DNA of 64,000 nt from Octopus vulgaris (Eukaryota). The position numbers and the translations under genes were made by a program. The DNA is taken from positions 85,126,001 through 85,190,000 of the forward strand of contig OX597815.1 of NCBI GenBank assembly GCA_951406725.2, read 5' to 3'. Below the pieces are notes generated by a model. The model was not told the DNA's origin, made no database searches, and worked only from the letters and a program-made list of their open reading frames with translations. Positions 63,111-64,000 of this stretch are shown piece after piece; within the stretch, counting starts at the first letter, position 1; each line of letters starts with the position of its first letter.

Positions 63111-64000
63111 ACTCTGCTAACACAGTAGAACATAGTATTGACTTCTAAAAGATGTTCAATATACCTTACAGTATTTTATGGTTGCATAACGAAATGCCAC
63201 ATACCTACAAATCATTAGTTTGGATACAATATTCTCAATAATGGTGAAAGCTCTAAATTGAGCGTGGTTCATTGGGTATGTAATAATTGGCTCTGAAAGT
63301 TAGATTAAGATATTGCATTAATTTATAAAGTGTTTGTGATGAATAGTTGTAGAAAATGTGGAAGAACACATTGAATCATGTAGTCTTTGATACCCTACAT
63401 CAGAATAAAAGATGGGATCAGACATGATAGTCATGACTGAATCTAGAATGACTTTAACTATAGATTTCTTTAATGAAGGACAGTCTGAAGTTAAATTAGA
63501 AAAAATATACTCTGAGGTCAAAATCATTTGGCTGACCTAGTACTAAACAACAACAAGACCAATAACCTAACAGTTAGTTTCATATTAGATATTTATCTTC
63601 TTGCCTGAGGCAAGCTTGTTGGAAACAGTCTCATCTGATCATTTGTTTGGAAATAGTTTTTCAGTGTTTTGTGAGTTACCTTTTTAGTATAGGCGTTCAT
63701 GCAGATAGTCATATGTAGGTCATTGGATATCAGATTGGTCATTTTCTATTGCTGTCATAGATGTCAATTTGAATTCCAGTGATTGATTACATACTGCACC
63801 CAGCTTTTACTTTCGGTAACCTGTTGTCATACTGTACAAGTTTGACCATAAGCTGATTGTTGCAAACTTTCTAGTAGTTCATTCTGAAAAGCTGCCAATT
63901 GATCTTTTTTTTTCATTTTTTTAATGTAATCTTGAATTAACATGCTCATCTCATGGTTAAAACACAGCAGTACAAAACTTTCTAGTGTAAAAAAGAATTA

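Overview
AT-rich, microsatellite- and repeat-dense animal genomic DNA. The SINE/LINE families point to an octopus-type (coleoid cephalopod) genome; this is inferred, not verified. The only well-supported host gene is the 5' end of a + strand ferlin (myoferlin/dysferlin-like). Two C2A-domain coding exons lie at 26982-27078 and 28379-28434, inside a CpG-richer promoter-like zone (~24.1-29.5 kb). No convincing third exon was found in the remaining ~35 kb. The rest is decayed mobile DNA: several tRNA-derived SINE families; RTE, CR1-like and R4/Dong LINE relics; Penelope-like relics carrying decayed hammerhead-ribozyme motifs; a mariner and a hAT (Charlie/Buster) transposase relic; a Helentron/DINE-1-like element; and many MITEs with readable TIRs and TSDs. 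Most ORFs in the supplied track are microsatellite or repeat artefacts. I found no evidence of a clearly new multi-gene system. The best second-look items are the hammerhead variants, R4/Dong relics in (CATA)n, telomere-motif MITEs flanking the ferlin first exon, a structured tandem module in the RTE 3' UTR, long intronic hairpins and candidate microexons. Boundaries of decayed elements are approximate.
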